The notes beneath the pieces were generated by a model, which searched no databases, was not told the DNA's origin, and worked only from the letters and a program-made list of their open reading frames with translations. Both the position numbers and the translations under genes were made by a program. From Candidatus Beckwithbacteria bacterium CG10_big_fil_rev_8_21_14_0_10_34_10 (lineage in GTDB: Bacteria > Patescibacteriota > Microgenomatia > UBA1400), in the NCBI GenBank assembly GCA_002773945.1, contig PEZT01000001.1, forward strand, positions 1,131 through 65,130: 64,000 nucleotides of DNA, in the 5' to 3' direction. Below are positions 39,615-49,995 of the stretch, one piece after another. The number at the start of each line of letters is the position of its first letter. Position 1 is the stretch's first letter.

Positions 39615-40643
39615 ATGAAAAATATAAAAAAAACTAAAACAAAGAATAAAAAATCCAAAGTTGTAGATATTTTACCCGAAAGTATTAGACCTAAAAATAT
39701 TGACCAGTTTATGGGGCAAAAAAAAATTAAAGGCAAACTGGAGATTTTTATTAAAGCCGCTAAAAAAAGAAAAGAATCTTTAGACCACCTTTTATTATAT
39801 GGCCCTCCAGGCTTAGGAAAAACAACTCTAGCTCATTTAATTGCTTCTGAGCTGGGAGTTAATATTCGAGTTACTTCTGGACCAGCGATTGAGAGAAGCG
39901 GAGACTTGGCCAGTATTTTAACCAACTTAAAAGACGGTGACATTTTATTTATTGATGAGGTTCACCGGCTTAATAAGGTGGTTGAAGAAGCTTTGTATCC
40001 TGCCATGGAAGATTATTGTTTAGATATTATTTTAGGGAAAGGTCCTTCGGCAAGAACAGTTAGATTAGAATTACCTAAGTTTAGCATTGTAGCGGCTACA
40101 ACCAGAATTGGTCTTTTATCCTCACCCTTAAGAGATCGGTTTGGAGCCATTTACCGCTTGAATTTCTATAATCCTAAAGATTTAGCTCAAATTCTTAAAA
40201 GATCAGCTAAAATTTTAAAAATTCCGATTGAAGAAGATTCCTGTCAGCAATTGGCTAAAAGATCTCGGGGAACACCAAGGATTGCCAATAGGCTCTTGAA
40301 AAGAATTAGAGATTTTGCCCAAATTAAGGGTGAGGGGAAAATTAACGAAGGACTTTTAGATAATGCTTTAAAAGTTTTAGAAATTGATTCTTTGGGATTA
40401 GCCAAGGAAGACAGAGATTTTTTAAAAGCCCTGTGTTTAGATTATGCTGGTGGCCCAGTCGGTTTAGAAACCCTCTCAGCTACCATTGCTGAAGATATTG
40501 GCACGGTTGAAGAAGTAATTGAACCATTTTTGATACAAAAGGGATTTTTAAAAAGAACTAAACAAGGAAGAATGGCGAGTAGAAAATCATTTAAGCACTT
40601 AAATATTCCTATCCCTAAGGGTAAACAATCAACCCTGTTTTAA
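39615..40643 (+). CDS. ruvB: Holliday junction branch migration ATPase
   Basis: [27 protein letters not shown]. Confidence 0.97.
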   Translation: MKNIKKTKTKNKKSKVVDILPESIRPKNIDQFMGQKKIKGKLEIFIKAAKKRKESLDHLLLYGPPGLGKTTLAHLIASELGVNIRVTSGPAIERSGDLASILTNLKDGDILFIDEVHRLNKVVEEALYPAMEDYCLDIILGKGPSARTVRLELPKFSIVAATTRIGLLSSPLRDRFGAIYRLNFYNPKDLAQILKRSAKILKIPIEEDSCQQLAKRSRGTPRIANRLLKRIRDFAQIKGEGKINEGLLDNALKVLEIDSLGLAKEDRDFLKALCLDYAGGPVGLETLSATIAEDIGTVEEVIEPFLIQKGFLKRTKQGRMASRKSFKHLNIPIPKGKQSTLF

Positions 40644-40662
40644 ATAATTTAATTAAAAGGAG

Positions 40663-40920
40663 GTGATTAATTTGGCAGGGAAACAAGTCGGAACTATAAG
40701 CCATTACTATGATCAAATTGGAGTGGCGGTTCTTGATTTAAACGAAACCTTGAAGGTTGGAGATAAGATAAAAATAGTTAAGGAAGAAGAAGAATTTGAA
40801 CAGGAAATAAGTTCAATGCAAGTAGAGCATAAGGAAGTCCAAACAGCTAAAAAAGGCGATTCGGTCGGCCTAAAAGTAGACAAAGAAGTAAAAAGAAAAT
40901 CTAAGGTTTATATACTATAA
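40663..40920 (+). CDS. Small EF-Tu domain II-like beta-barrel protein (U32 peptidase C-terminal-like)
   Basis: VGTISHYYDQIGVAV, LKVGDKI, SMQVEH, GDSVGLKV; GGAG before GTG. Confidence 0.7.
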   Translation: MINLAGKQVGTISHYYDQIGVAVLDLNETLKVGDKIKIVKEEEEFEQEISSMQVEHKEVQTAKKGDSVGLKVDKEVKRKSKVYIL

Positions 40921-40964
40921 ACTTAGTTTTAAATATTATTTATAAAATCTTTTTAAAAAGGAAG

Positions 40965-41354
40965 ATGGAATTTAATTTTGCCCCAGATATTAAAAAAAGG
41001 ATAAAAGAGGTTCTAAACTCTCTTGATTTAGGCCATATTAAAGGTAAGATGATTGTTTGTTTTAGAAGCACCGGTTCTACTTCAAGAGCGATGGCTAGAA
41101 TTTGGTCTTTGCCAACTATTTGGCAAAAAGCTTTAAAAACTCAGCCTCATTACTGTATTGAAGTCTTGTCGGAAAAATTTGATCGCTTATCCAAAGTTGA
41201 ACAAACCAAGGTTTTAATTCATGAATTAATGCATATTCCTAAGACTTTTTCTGGTGCTTTGTTGCCCCACCGGGGAAGAGGGAAAGTTAAAATTGATAGA
41301 AGATCTGTCAACAAACTATATAGACTATATTTAAAGGAAAGAAAAAAGCAGTGA
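40965..41354 (+). CDS. Small putative zinc metallopeptidase (HExxH)
   Basis: ARIW, YCIEVLSEKF, LIHELMHIP..FSGAL.PH. Confidence 0.7.
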   Translation: MEFNFAPDIKKRIKEVLNSLDLGHIKGKMIVCFRSTGSTSRAMARIWSLPTIWQKALKTQPHYCIEVLSEKFDRLSKVEQTKVLIHELMHIPKTFSGALLPHRGRGKVKIDRRSVNKLYRLYLKERKKQ

Positions 41355-42043
41355 TCTATTTTATTCATGGGGAAGATCAAGCATTAACTCGGTCAGAGGC
41401 TTTAAATCTGCTTAAGGCCGCCAAAAAAGAGAAAAAGGAAATCTTAAGGCTTGATGGCTTAAAAATTAGTTTAAATGAGTTAATTCAGGCCTTTGAATCA
41501 AATTCTCTTTTTGGACAAGATAAACTAATTTATTTAGAAAACTTTTTTCAAAGAAACAAATCCAAAAATAAAGAAGAGATTTTAACATACTTAAAAGCAT
41601 CAGAAATATTGCCTGATTTAATTATTTGGGAGAAAAAGGAAATTTCGGGGACCACTTTAAGATGGCTGCCAAAAAACTGGGATTATCGAGTTTTTAAAAT
41701 TAAACAAAGTATTTTTAGTTTTTTAGACTCGCTTACCCCTTATAATCAAGAGACAAACTTAAGTCTACTTAGGAAAGCTTCTTCTAAAGACGGTCCAGAA
41801 CTAGTTTTTTATATGATGGCCAAAAGAATTAGAGACCTTTTACTAGCCAAGGAATTAGGAAAGAAGGGCTTGGTTGGCGCTCCTTGGCAAATTGGCAAAC
41901 TAATTAAACAAAGTCAGGCTTTTACTATTGAAAAACTCCTGACAATATATAAAAAGCTTTTAAATATTGACTTAGATATTAAAACAGGTGGAAGCTTTAT
42001 GCCGTTAGACTGGCATCTTGATTTGTTATTGACACGTTTGTAA
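41351..42043 (+). CDS. holA: DNA polymerase III delta subunit-like (short form)
   Basis: IYFIHGED, SLFG..KLI, IFSFLD, C-terminal DLDIKTG. Confidence 0.7.
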   Translation: MIYFIHGEDQALTRSEALNLLKAAKKEKKEILRLDGLKISLNELIQAFESNSLFGQDKLIYLENFFQRNKSKNKEEILTYLKASEILPDLIIWEKKEISGTTLRWLPKNWDYRVFKIKQSIFSFLDSLTPYNQETNLSLLRKASSKDGPELVFYMMAKRIRDLLLAKELGKKGLVGAPWQIGKLIKQSQAFTIEKLLTIYKKLLNIDLDIKTGGSFMPLDWHLDLLLTRL

Positions 42044-42078
42044 GATTAAATATTATAAATAAAGAGGAAGGAAATATT

Positions 42079-43449
42079 ATGATTAAAGCTAATATATTTC
42101 GTGATTATGATGTTAGAGCAATAGTTCCTCAAGAATTAGATAAAAAAGGAGCCATTAGAATTGGACAGGTATTGGTAAACCTTTTTAAACCAAAAACTGT
42201 GGCAATTGGGCATGATATGAGAATTACGGCCGACGAGATTGCTGGAGGGATTGCTGAAGGAATAATGATTCAAGGTGCTAATGTAACAGATTTAGGGTTG
42301 ATTTCAACTGATATGGCTTATTTTGCCTCAGGAAAATATGGCTATGATTTGGCTTTGTCTGTATCCGCTTCTCATAATCCGTCTGAATATAATGGCTTTA
42401 AAGTAGTTAAAAAAGGGGCGATTGCAATTTCAGGAAATAGTGGTATTTACGATATTAGAGATTTAGCTTTGTCAGACGAGAAATTTATTCCAGCTAAAAA
42501 AAGAGGAATCTTAAGTAAGCGGGATATTTACGACGAATTTATAAAACATTGTTTAAGTTTCACCAATTTAAAAAAAATTAAACCTTTTAAGGTTGTGATT
42601 GATGCCGGCAATGCAATGGCTGGGTTCATAATTCCGAAATTTGAAAAGTATCTTCCAATAAAAGTAATTCCTCTTTATTTTAAGCTTGACGGTAATTTTC
42701 CTAATCATATTCCTAATCCTCTTCTGCCAGAAGCCACCTCAGATTTAAAAAAAGAAGTTCTTAAAAAAAAGGCAGATTTCGGATTAGCCTTTGATGGTGA
42801 TGGAGACAGAATGTATTTTATTGATGAAAAAGGAAAGCTTGTTACCGGGACAATAACGACCGCGATGATATCCGAAATGATTTTAAGAAAAAACAAAAAC
42901 AAAACAATTCTTTACAATGCGGTTACCGGGAAAATTGTTCCTCAAATTATTAAAAAGTATGGAGGTAAAGGAATCAGAGTAAGAGTGGGACATACATTAA
43001 TAAAAGAAGACATGAGGAAATACAAGGCCTATTTTGCCGGAGAACACTCAGGTCATTACTACTTTAAAGAAAATTACTATGCTGATTCAGCCTTTGTGGC
43101 AATGTTAATAGCTTTAGAATTAATATCAGAAGAAAATAAAACTCTATCAGAAATAACAGGTAAGTATGATATTTATCCTAGTATTCCCGAAACTAATTTT
43201 GAAGTTAAAGACAAAGAAAAAGTAATGAAAAACATTGAAAAACATTATAAAAGTAAAGCAGATAAGATAGATTGGCTTGATGGAGTTACTATTTGGTTTA
43301 AAGATTGGTGGGCTAATATTAGGCCCTCTAACACCCAACCTCTTTTAAGACTTAATATTGAGGCTGATAATAATGAAATATTAATTGAAAAAGAAAATGA
43401 ATTCACTGACTTAATCCAGCAACTGGGTGGAAAAAAAACTAAAGAATAA
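42079..43449 (+). CDS. Phosphomannomutase/phosphoglucomutase
   Basis: IFRDYDVR, SASHNP, FDGDGDR, GEHSGH, RPSNTQP. Confidence 0.93.
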   Translation: MIKANIFRDYDVRAIVPQELDKKGAIRIGQVLVNLFKPKTVAIGHDMRITADEIAGGIAEGIMIQGANVTDLGLISTDMAYFASGKYGYDLALSVSASHNPSEYNGFKVVKKGAIAISGNSGIYDIRDLALSDEKFIPAKKRGILSKRDIYDEFIKHCLSFTNLKKIKPFKVVIDAGNAMAGFIIPKFEKYLPIKVIPLYFKLDGNFPNHIPNPLLPEATSDLKKEVLKKKADFGLAFDGDGDRMYFIDEKGKLVTGTITTAMISEMILRKNKNKTILYNAVTGKIVPQIIKKYGGKGIRVRVGHTLIKEDMRKYKAYFAGEHSGHYYFKENYYADSAFVAMLIALELISEENKTLSEITGKYDIYPSIPETNFEVKDKEKVMKNIEKHYKSKADKIDWLDGVTIWFKDWWANIRPSNTQPLLRLNIEADNNEILIEKENEFTDLIQQLGGKKTKE

Positions 43450-43490
43450 TCTAACTCATTTATATTAATTTTTAGCTAAATGGAGGAAAA

Positions 43491-44012
43491 ATGAAAATTG
43501 GAATTATTTCTGATGTTCATGATCACATTCCAAATCTTCTTAAGGCAATCAAAATTTTAAATAAAGAGAAAGTAACAAAAGTATTTTTTTGCGGCGATTT
43601 ATGTTCTCCCTTTACAATTAAATATTTTCAGGGCTTAAAAACACCAATTGCGGCTGTTTTTGGTAATAATGAAGGGGATAAAATTAATATATTAAGTCGG
43701 ATTAAAAAATATAATCTTTCCATAGAATATGGAGCAAAACAAGGACTTTTTTACACGAATACTATTAAAGATAAAAAAATTGGTCTTTTTCATGGTCATG
43801 TTTATGAACTAACAGAAGCTTTAGTTAATGACTCTCAATATAGTCTAGTTTTAACTGGTCACACTCACAAACCTCATATTAAATATCTTAAAAATAAAGT
43901 TTGGATAAATCCAGGATCAATTCATGGATTTTCAGATGAATTTCAAAATAAACCAAGTTTAGCCATTTTTAATCTTATAACAAATAAAGGTAACCTTATT
44001 AAAATTAAATGA
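43491..44012 (+). CDS. YfcE/MJ0936-family metallophosphoesterase
   Basis: ISDVHD, CGD, GNNE, FHG, GHTH, INPGS. Confidence 0.9.
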   Translation: MKIGIISDVHDHIPNLLKAIKILNKEKVTKVFFCGDLCSPFTIKYFQGLKTPIAAVFGNNEGDKINILSRIKKYNLSIEYGAKQGLFYTNTIKDKKIGLFHGHVYELTEALVNDSQYSLVLTGHTHKPHIKYLKNKVWINPGSIHGFSDEFQNKPSLAIFNLITNKGNLIKIK

Positions 44013-44151
44013 AAGTAGGATTTTTTTAGACATTCCTAATAAAACGTAAAAATTTTCCTTTTTTTAGTAAGGTTATTTTTTACTAAAGTTAATAATCTTA
44101 AATTTTTAAAAATCTTGATATAGTTTTAAATATAATGTTAAATTAAAAATA

Positions 44152-45363
44152 ATGAAAAAGTCATTAAAAAGAATCTATTTAATCGTCCCCAGACTAATTG
44201 AACAACCTACTTGGGGCGGAAATTACATAGCTAATTTTAAAGGTTGGGGGAAAGGAAAATCTTTTTCTAATTTTAAAATTGGTCAGTCTTATGAATTGAC
44301 TTCAAATTCTAACTTACATCCTAATATTAGTGATTCAAACAGTTCAAAATTTAACCCTGAATTGGTGATGGCCAAAAACAGGAAAGAATTTCTATATTCT
44401 GGCAATAAAAATGAACTTATGAACTTAAATGAATTAATTAGGGTAAATCCTAGGTTAGCCCTGGGAAAAAATGCTTTAGAAAAGCATGGCCAAAAAGTAA
44501 AAATTTTAATTAAATTTACTCAGGCTAAAGGAAATTCATACCAGCTTCATGTTAGAAAAAAGGATGAAAACAGAAAATGGCTTTTTAAACCAGAAAGCTG
44601 GTACTTTTTTGAACCAGGTTTATTAACCCTAGGGGTTAAAGATCTTAATAAAATTAAACTCTTTAAAAATACTTGCCTTAATATTTTAAAACAAATGAGT
44701 TATATTTCTGATAAAATTAAAAAAAAGGAAATTAGTTTAAAAGATGGCAGAAAAAAATCAGAAGAAGTAGTTAAAAACTATAATCCTCAACAATTTGTAA
44801 ATCTAGTTAAAGCTAATAAAAATGATTTAATTGATTTAAGCCTAGGCGGAATTCATCATTCATGGGAGGAGCCTAAAGCCATAAATCCTAAAGGGAATAT
44901 TGTTTACGAAGTTCAACTTGATATTAAGGATAAACAGTCAACTTTGCGCTGTTTTGATCAGGGAAAAATAAAAAATGATGGTTCAATAAGAAACCTTAAT
45001 ATTAAAGAATATTTTAAATATATCAATAAGGAAGAAGCCAGCAATATTCCTGAAAACCATTTTTTAAAACCAAAAACATTATTTGAGAAGCTAGAAAACA
45101 AAGGGGAAAGACTTTTAAATACAAATGATTATACGATGGAAAAGATTTACTTCAAAAACAAATTAAGTAATAATTTAAATAGAACAAATAATTCTTATCA
45201 GCATTTATTTGTCCAAAAAGGAGAGGTTAGAGTTGAGTCTGAAAATAGCCATGTTATATTAACTCAGGGCCATTCATGTTTTATTCCAGCGGTAGTTTCT
45301 AAATACAATTTAGTTTCTAATAAATCCCAAAGTGAAGTTTTAAAAACATATGTTTCCAAATGA
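44152..45363 (+). CDS. Divergent class I mannose-6-phosphate isomerase-like cupin
   Basis: PTWGG, GQSYE, ILIKF, SYQLH, KPESWY, GGIHHSW, YEVQ match PMI metal-site spacing. Confidence 0.7.
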   Translation: MKKSLKRIYLIVPRLIEQPTWGGNYIANFKGWGKGKSFSNFKIGQSYELTSNSNLHPNISDSNSSKFNPELVMAKNRKEFLYSGNKNELMNLNELIRVNPRLALGKNALEKHGQKVKILIKFTQAKGNSYQLHVRKKDENRKWLFKPESWYFFEPGLLTLGVKDLNKIKLFKNTCLNILKQMSYISDKIKKKEISLKDGRKKSEEVVKNYNPQQFVNLVKANKNDLIDLSLGGIHHSWEEPKAINPKGNIVYEVQLDIKDKQSTLRCFDQGKIKNDGSIRNLNIKEYFKYINKEEASNIPENHFLKPKTLFEKLENKGERLLNTNDYTMEKIYFKNKLSNNLNRTNNSYQHLFVQKGEVRVESENSHVILTQGHSCFIPAVVSKYNLVSNKSQSEVLKTYVSK

Positions 45364-46286
45364 AAAATAATATTAAACTCATAAATCTAGATAAAGCAGT
45401 CATAAATGCCCTAGATTTGTTTAGTCTTGAAAAACCACCCAAGATGGATTTAGATAAGATTAACTTACCTTTTGTTATTGGTAGTGGTAATGCTTATAAC
45501 ACCGGTAAGCTAATTTTCTCCCAAAAAGCGGCTATTTTTGCTGATGAAAGCAATTTCAAAACATTATTAAAATCATATGAATTGGTGATTAAAAAAGGAT
45601 TAATTAGTCAGGCCATCATAATTTCAGCTTCCGGAGAAAAGGATTCAGTTTGGGAGATAGAATTAGCTAATAAATCAGGGTTAAAAACTCATTTACTTAC
45701 CTGTAGTCCTAACTCTTCAGCGGCTAAAGCAGCTGATAAAGTTTATCTTTTTAAAAAGCTTCCTGAACCCTATACATATAATGTTTCTACTTATTTGGGA
45801 ATGGTTTTAGCTTCAACTAATGAAAACCCTAAAATAATTAGGGAATTTATTGGAAACGTAAAACTAAAAGATAATTTTTCTACCTACCAAAGTTATTCCT
45901 TTATTCTTGATGATAAATATATTGATATTTGTCCGATGATAGACATTAAAAAAAGCGAATTGTTTGGGTCCCGCCTGTCTATTCGCTGTTTTACTAATGG
46001 ACATGCTCGTCATGCTAAATTTGTCATCCCCTGGGAAAAAGAATTAGTGGTAAGCATAGGGACGGAAAATAAATATTTTGGTCATCCAAACCATCGCTTA
46101 TCTATAGAATTACCTGAAACAGCCAGTTTTGGAACAATTTTAAGTTTAACTTATTTTATCGTCGGCAAGGTTCAGGAAAGTAAACCCCATTATTACAAAG
46201 AAAATATAAAAGCTTATTGTCGTGATTATGGTCCAAAAGCTTACGGAAAAAATACACCTTTTGAAATAATTGTCCCTGGTAACTAA
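45360..46286 (+). CDS. Tandem-SIS sugar-phosphate isomerase/deaminase-like protein
   Basis: VIGSGNA, ISASGE, LLTCSPNS, EPYTYNVSTY, KKSELFG, HARHA. Confidence 0.6.
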   Translation: MKNNIKLINLDKAVINALDLFSLEKPPKMDLDKINLPFVIGSGNAYNTGKLIFSQKAAIFADESNFKTLLKSYELVIKKGLISQAIIISASGEKDSVWEIELANKSGLKTHLLTCSPNSSAAKAADKVYLFKKLPEPYTYNVSTYLGMVLASTNENPKIIREFIGNVKLKDNFSTYQSYSFILDDKYIDICPMIDIKKSELFGSRLSIRCFTNGHARHAKFVIPWEKELVVSIGTENKYFGHPNHRLSIELPETASFGTILSLTYFIVGKVQESKPHYYKENIKAYCRDYGPKAYGKNTPFEIIVPGN

Positions 46287-46350
46287 AATAGTGTTTGAAA
46301 CCATTTTTTGCTATACTAAAAGTATAAAATATTAGCCTTTAAAACTGCCC

Positions 46351-48693
46351 ATGGAAAAAAAACAGCTCCATATTGTTTGGTTTAATCAAATAGATCGGGA
46401 TGATATTTCTCTTGTTGGGGGTAAAGGGGCTAATTTAGGAGAAATGGTTAAAGCCAAATTTCCTATTCCCAATGGCTTTATAGTTACTGCTGAAGCTTAC
46501 TGGCATTTTATTAATTCCAATAAAATTAAAGATGAAATTGAAAAAATACTTCGACCTGTTAATGTTCATGATCCCCGGCAATTAACAAGAGTTTCTCAGG
46601 ATATTAAAAAATTAATCCTGAAAAGTCAGGTTCCCAAAGACCTTTCAATGGAAATCATTAAAAATTATGAAGAATTAAGCGGCGGAGTGGGCCGGGCCTG
46701 TTTAATTGCCGCTCGGTCCTCAGCCACAGCCGAAGATTTACCAGATGCTTCTTTTGCCGGCCAGCAAGAAACTTTTCTAAATATTAAAGGCGAAGCTAAT
46801 TTAATTAACAAGGTTCGGGCTTGTTGGGCCTCCTTATTTACTCCCCGAGCGATATTTTACCGGGAAGAAAAGAAATTTGATCATTTTAAGGTGGGGATTG
46901 CGGTGGTGGTTCAAAAAATGATTCAAGCTAAAACTTCAGGAGTAATGTTTACTATTGATCCTGTTACTAATGATAAAAGCAAAATTATTATTGAGGGCAT
47001 TTATGGTTTAGGCGAGTTAATTGTTCAAGGCTCAGTTACTCCCGATCACTATGAAGTTGACCGCCAAAGCTTTAAAATTATTAAAAAAGACATTAGAGAA
47101 CAAAAAGTCCAGTTAATAAAAAAAGATAGAGAAACAAAAAATATTAAAGTTAAAAAATACCGCCAAAAAAAACAAAAAATCAGTGATAGTAATATAAAAG
47201 AACTGGCTCAATATGGAAAGGCCTTACATCAACACTACTTTTTCCCTCAAGATATTGAGTGGGGGATTGAGAAATCAAAGATTTATATTCTCCAAACCAG
47301 ACCAGTGACCACCATTCCTAGTGATGCTAAGATAAAATTAAACCAAGAAGAGGTGAGTAAAATTGACCTCCCTTTACTTGTTAAAGGTGATCCTGCCAGT
47401 CCTGGAATTGCTGGCGGTTTTGCTAAGTTAATAAAATCTCCCAAAATGATTAGTGAACTTAAATATGGAGAAGTTCTCCTAACTAAAATGACAACCCCGG
47501 ATTTTGTGCCAGCGATGAAAAGGGCTTCAGCCATTATCACTGATAAAGGCGGCCAGACATCTCACGCGGCTATTGTTTCTCGAGAACTTGGAGTCCCTTG
47601 TATTGTAGGCACAAAAACTGGTACAAAAATAATTAAAAATGGAGAAATGGTGACTGTTAATGGCAAAACCGGAGAAGTTTTTAAAGGCGGTCTTAAAATC
47701 TTAAAGAAAAATATTCAACCAAAAACTAAAACACTTGGCTCTTACCCTTTAGCAAGTGAAGGAAATGAAAAAATGCCAGGATATTTAAGTAGTCATCTTG
47801 AAAAAATAAAAACAGCTACTAAGCTTTATGTTAATTTAGCTGAACCTGATTTAGCCGCCAAAGTAGCCCAAAAAGATGTTGATGGGGTTGGTTTACTTAG
47901 GGCAGAGTTTATGATTTCTCAAGAAATTAAACAACATCCTAAAAAATTAATTGAAGATAAAAAACAGAAATTTTTTATTGATAAATTAGCTGAAGGGCTA
48001 GAAAAATTTTGTACTGCATTTGAACCCCGGCCAGTAGTTTACAGGGCGACTGATTTTAAAACCAATGAATACCGGAATCTAATTGGCGGTAAACGCTTTG
48101 AGCCTGAGGAAGAAAATCCCTTGATTGGTTTTCGGGGCGCTTTAAGGTATGTTAATAACCGGAATGTTTTTGAAATGGAATTAAAGGCGATTAAAAAAGT
48201 AAGAGAAAAGTATAATAATTTATGGTTAATGATTCCTTTTATTAGAACGGTTAATGAATTAAAGGAAGTAAAAAAGATTGTTTCTACTAATGGTTTAATT
48301 AGATCAACTTCTTTTCAATTGTGGATGATGGCTGAAGTTCCTTCCAACGTCTTAATTTTAGAAGACTTTATTAAAGCCGGAATTGATGGAATTTCAATTG
48401 GGTCTAATGATTTAACCATGTTAGTTTTAGGAATAGATCGTGACAACGAAGAATTAGGAGATAGTTTTGATGTCCAGGACAAAGCGGTTCTAAAAGCTCT
48501 AAAAATGATAATTAAAACCAGTTTAAAGAATAAAATTAGTGTTTCAATTTGTGGTCAAGCACCTTCTCTTTACCCTTCCTTAACTCAAAAGTTGGTTGGT
48601 TGGGGAATTACCTCTGTTTCCGTTTCACCTGATATGATTGACCAGACCAGAGAAATAATTTTTGAGGCGGAAAAAAGAAGAACTAAAAAATGA
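46351..48693 (+). CDS. ppsA: Phosphoenolpyruvate synthase
   Basis: GGKGANLGE, RSSATAED, SFAGQ, TSHAAIVSRE, GLLRAEF, SIGSNDLT. Confidence 0.96.
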   Translation: MEKKQLHIVWFNQIDRDDISLVGGKGANLGEMVKAKFPIPNGFIVTAEAYWHFINSNKIKDEIEKILRPVNVHDPRQLTRVSQDIKKLILKSQVPKDLSMEIIKNYEELSGGVGRACLIAARSSATAEDLPDASFAGQQETFLNIKGEANLINKVRACWASLFTPRAIFYREEKKFDHFKVGIAVVVQKMIQAKTSGVMFTIDPVTNDKSKIIIEGIYGLGELIVQGSVTPDHYEVDRQSFKIIKKDIREQKVQLIKKDRETKNIKVKKYRQKKQKISDSNIKELAQYGKALHQHYFFPQDIEWGIEKSKIYILQTRPVTTIPSDAKIKLNQEEVSKIDLPLLVKGDPASPGIAGGFAKLIKSPKMISELKYGEVLLTKMTTPDFVPAMKRASAIITDKGGQTSHAAIVSRELGVPCIVGTKTGTKIIKNGEMVTVNGKTGEVFKGGLKILKKNIQPKTKTLGSYPLASEGNEKMPGYLSSHLEKIKTATKLYVNLAEPDLAAKVAQKDVDGVGLLRAEFMISQEIKQHPKKLIEDKKQKFFIDKLAEGLEKFCTAFEPRPVVYRATDFKTNEYRNLIGGKRFEPEEENPLIGFRGALRYVNNRNVFEMELKAIKKVREKYNNLWLMIPFIRTVNELKEVKKIVSTNGLIRSTSFQLWMMAEVPSNVLILEDFIKAGIDGISIGSNDLTMLVLGIDRDNEELGDSFDVQDKAVLKALKMIIKTSLKNKISVSICGQAPSLYPSLTQKLVGWGITSVSVSPDMIDQTREIIFEAEKRRTKK

Positions 48694-49949
48694 AAATAAA
48701 AAAAGTTAAGGCCAGAGAAATACTTGATTCTCGAGGAAATCCGACGATTGAAACTGAAGTTTATTTGGAAGATAAAAGTGTAGGAGTGGCATCTATTGCC
48801 TCGGGCAGCTCAACGGGAAAATATGAGGCTCATGAACTAAGAGATAAAGATCCTAATCGTTTTAATGGAATGGGAGTCTTGCAAGCGGTTAAAAATGTTA
48901 ACCAGGAAATTTCCCCTAAAATAGTGGGAATGGATGCTTCTTATCAAGGAAAATTAGATCAACTATTAATTAGCCTTGATGGAACCCAAGATAAATCAAG
49001 GTTAGGAGCTAATGCGATTCTTTCTGTTTCCCAAGCAGTTTTAGAAGCTTCTGCCTCTTCTTACAAACTCCCAATTTACCGCTATATCCAGCAAAAATAT
49101 GGTATGGTTGGAAAAAAAATAATCATGCCAACCCCCAGTTTTAATTTAATTAATGGGGGAAAACATGGAGCTAATAATCTTGATTTTCAAGAGTTTCACT
49201 TAGTCCCTTCCACCAGGAAAACATATAGTCAAGCTTTAGAATGCGGGGATGAAGTATATCAAGAATTAAAAAAAGTCCTCATTTACCGAGGGGCAATTTA
49301 TAGTTTAGGAGATGAAGGCGGTTATGCCCCTCGGCTTTTTACTAATCTTGACGCTTTAGAAGTTCTAATGGAAGCGATTAAAAACACTAAACATGAGTTT
49401 GGCCGGGATGTTTTTGTAGGCTTAGATGTGGCCGCCAATAATTTTTATAAAAATGGTAAATATACTATTAGAGACAGAGCTCAACCATTCTCCGAAAAAG
49501 AAATGGTTGAATATTACCAGGCTTTAAACAATCAATATCACCTTTTTAGCCTAGAAGATGGTTTGGTTGAAGATGATTGGGAGGGCTGGGTTCAATTAAC
49601 TAAAATTTTATCCCAAAATACTTTATTAATTGGCGATGATTTACTGGCTACAAATTTACAAAGACTTAATAAAGCGATTGAAAAAAAGGCTTGTACTGGC
49701 ATTTTAATTAAACCAAATCAGGTTGGGACTATTAGTGAAACCATTAATGTTATTGATGTGGCTCATAAAGCCGATTGGAAAGTAATTGTTTCTCACCGCT
49801 CTGGAGAGACTAATGATGATTTTATTGCCGATTTTGCAGTAGGGGTTGGAGCAGATTACACTAAGTTTGGCGCTCCAGCCAGGGGAGAAAGAACCGTTAA
49901 ATATAACAGGCTTTTAAAAATTGAAGAAGAACTAAAATTACAAAAATGA
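48690..49949 (+). CDS. eno: Enolase
   Basis: DSRGNPT, GDEGG, GDDL, LIKPNQ.GT, SHRSGET. Confidence 0.96.
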   Translation: MKIKKVKAREILDSRGNPTIETEVYLEDKSVGVASIASGSSTGKYEAHELRDKDPNRFNGMGVLQAVKNVNQEISPKIVGMDASYQGKLDQLLISLDGTQDKSRLGANAILSVSQAVLEASASSYKLPIYRYIQQKYGMVGKKIIMPTPSFNLINGGKHGANNLDFQEFHLVPSTRKTYSQALECGDEVYQELKKVLIYRGAIYSLGDEGGYAPRLFTNLDALEVLMEAIKNTKHEFGRDVFVGLDVAANNFYKNGKYTIRDRAQPFSEKEMVEYYQALNNQYHLFSLEDGLVEDDWEGWVQLTKILSQNTLLIGDDLLATNLQRLNKAIEKKACTGILIKPNQVGTISETINVIDVAHKADWKVIVSHRSGETNDDFIADFAVGVGADYTKFGAPARGERTVKYNRLLKIEEELKLQK

Positions 49950-49995
49950 TAGTTTGCTTCTTTAAAGAATCTAAAAAAATTGATAAAATCTTTTT

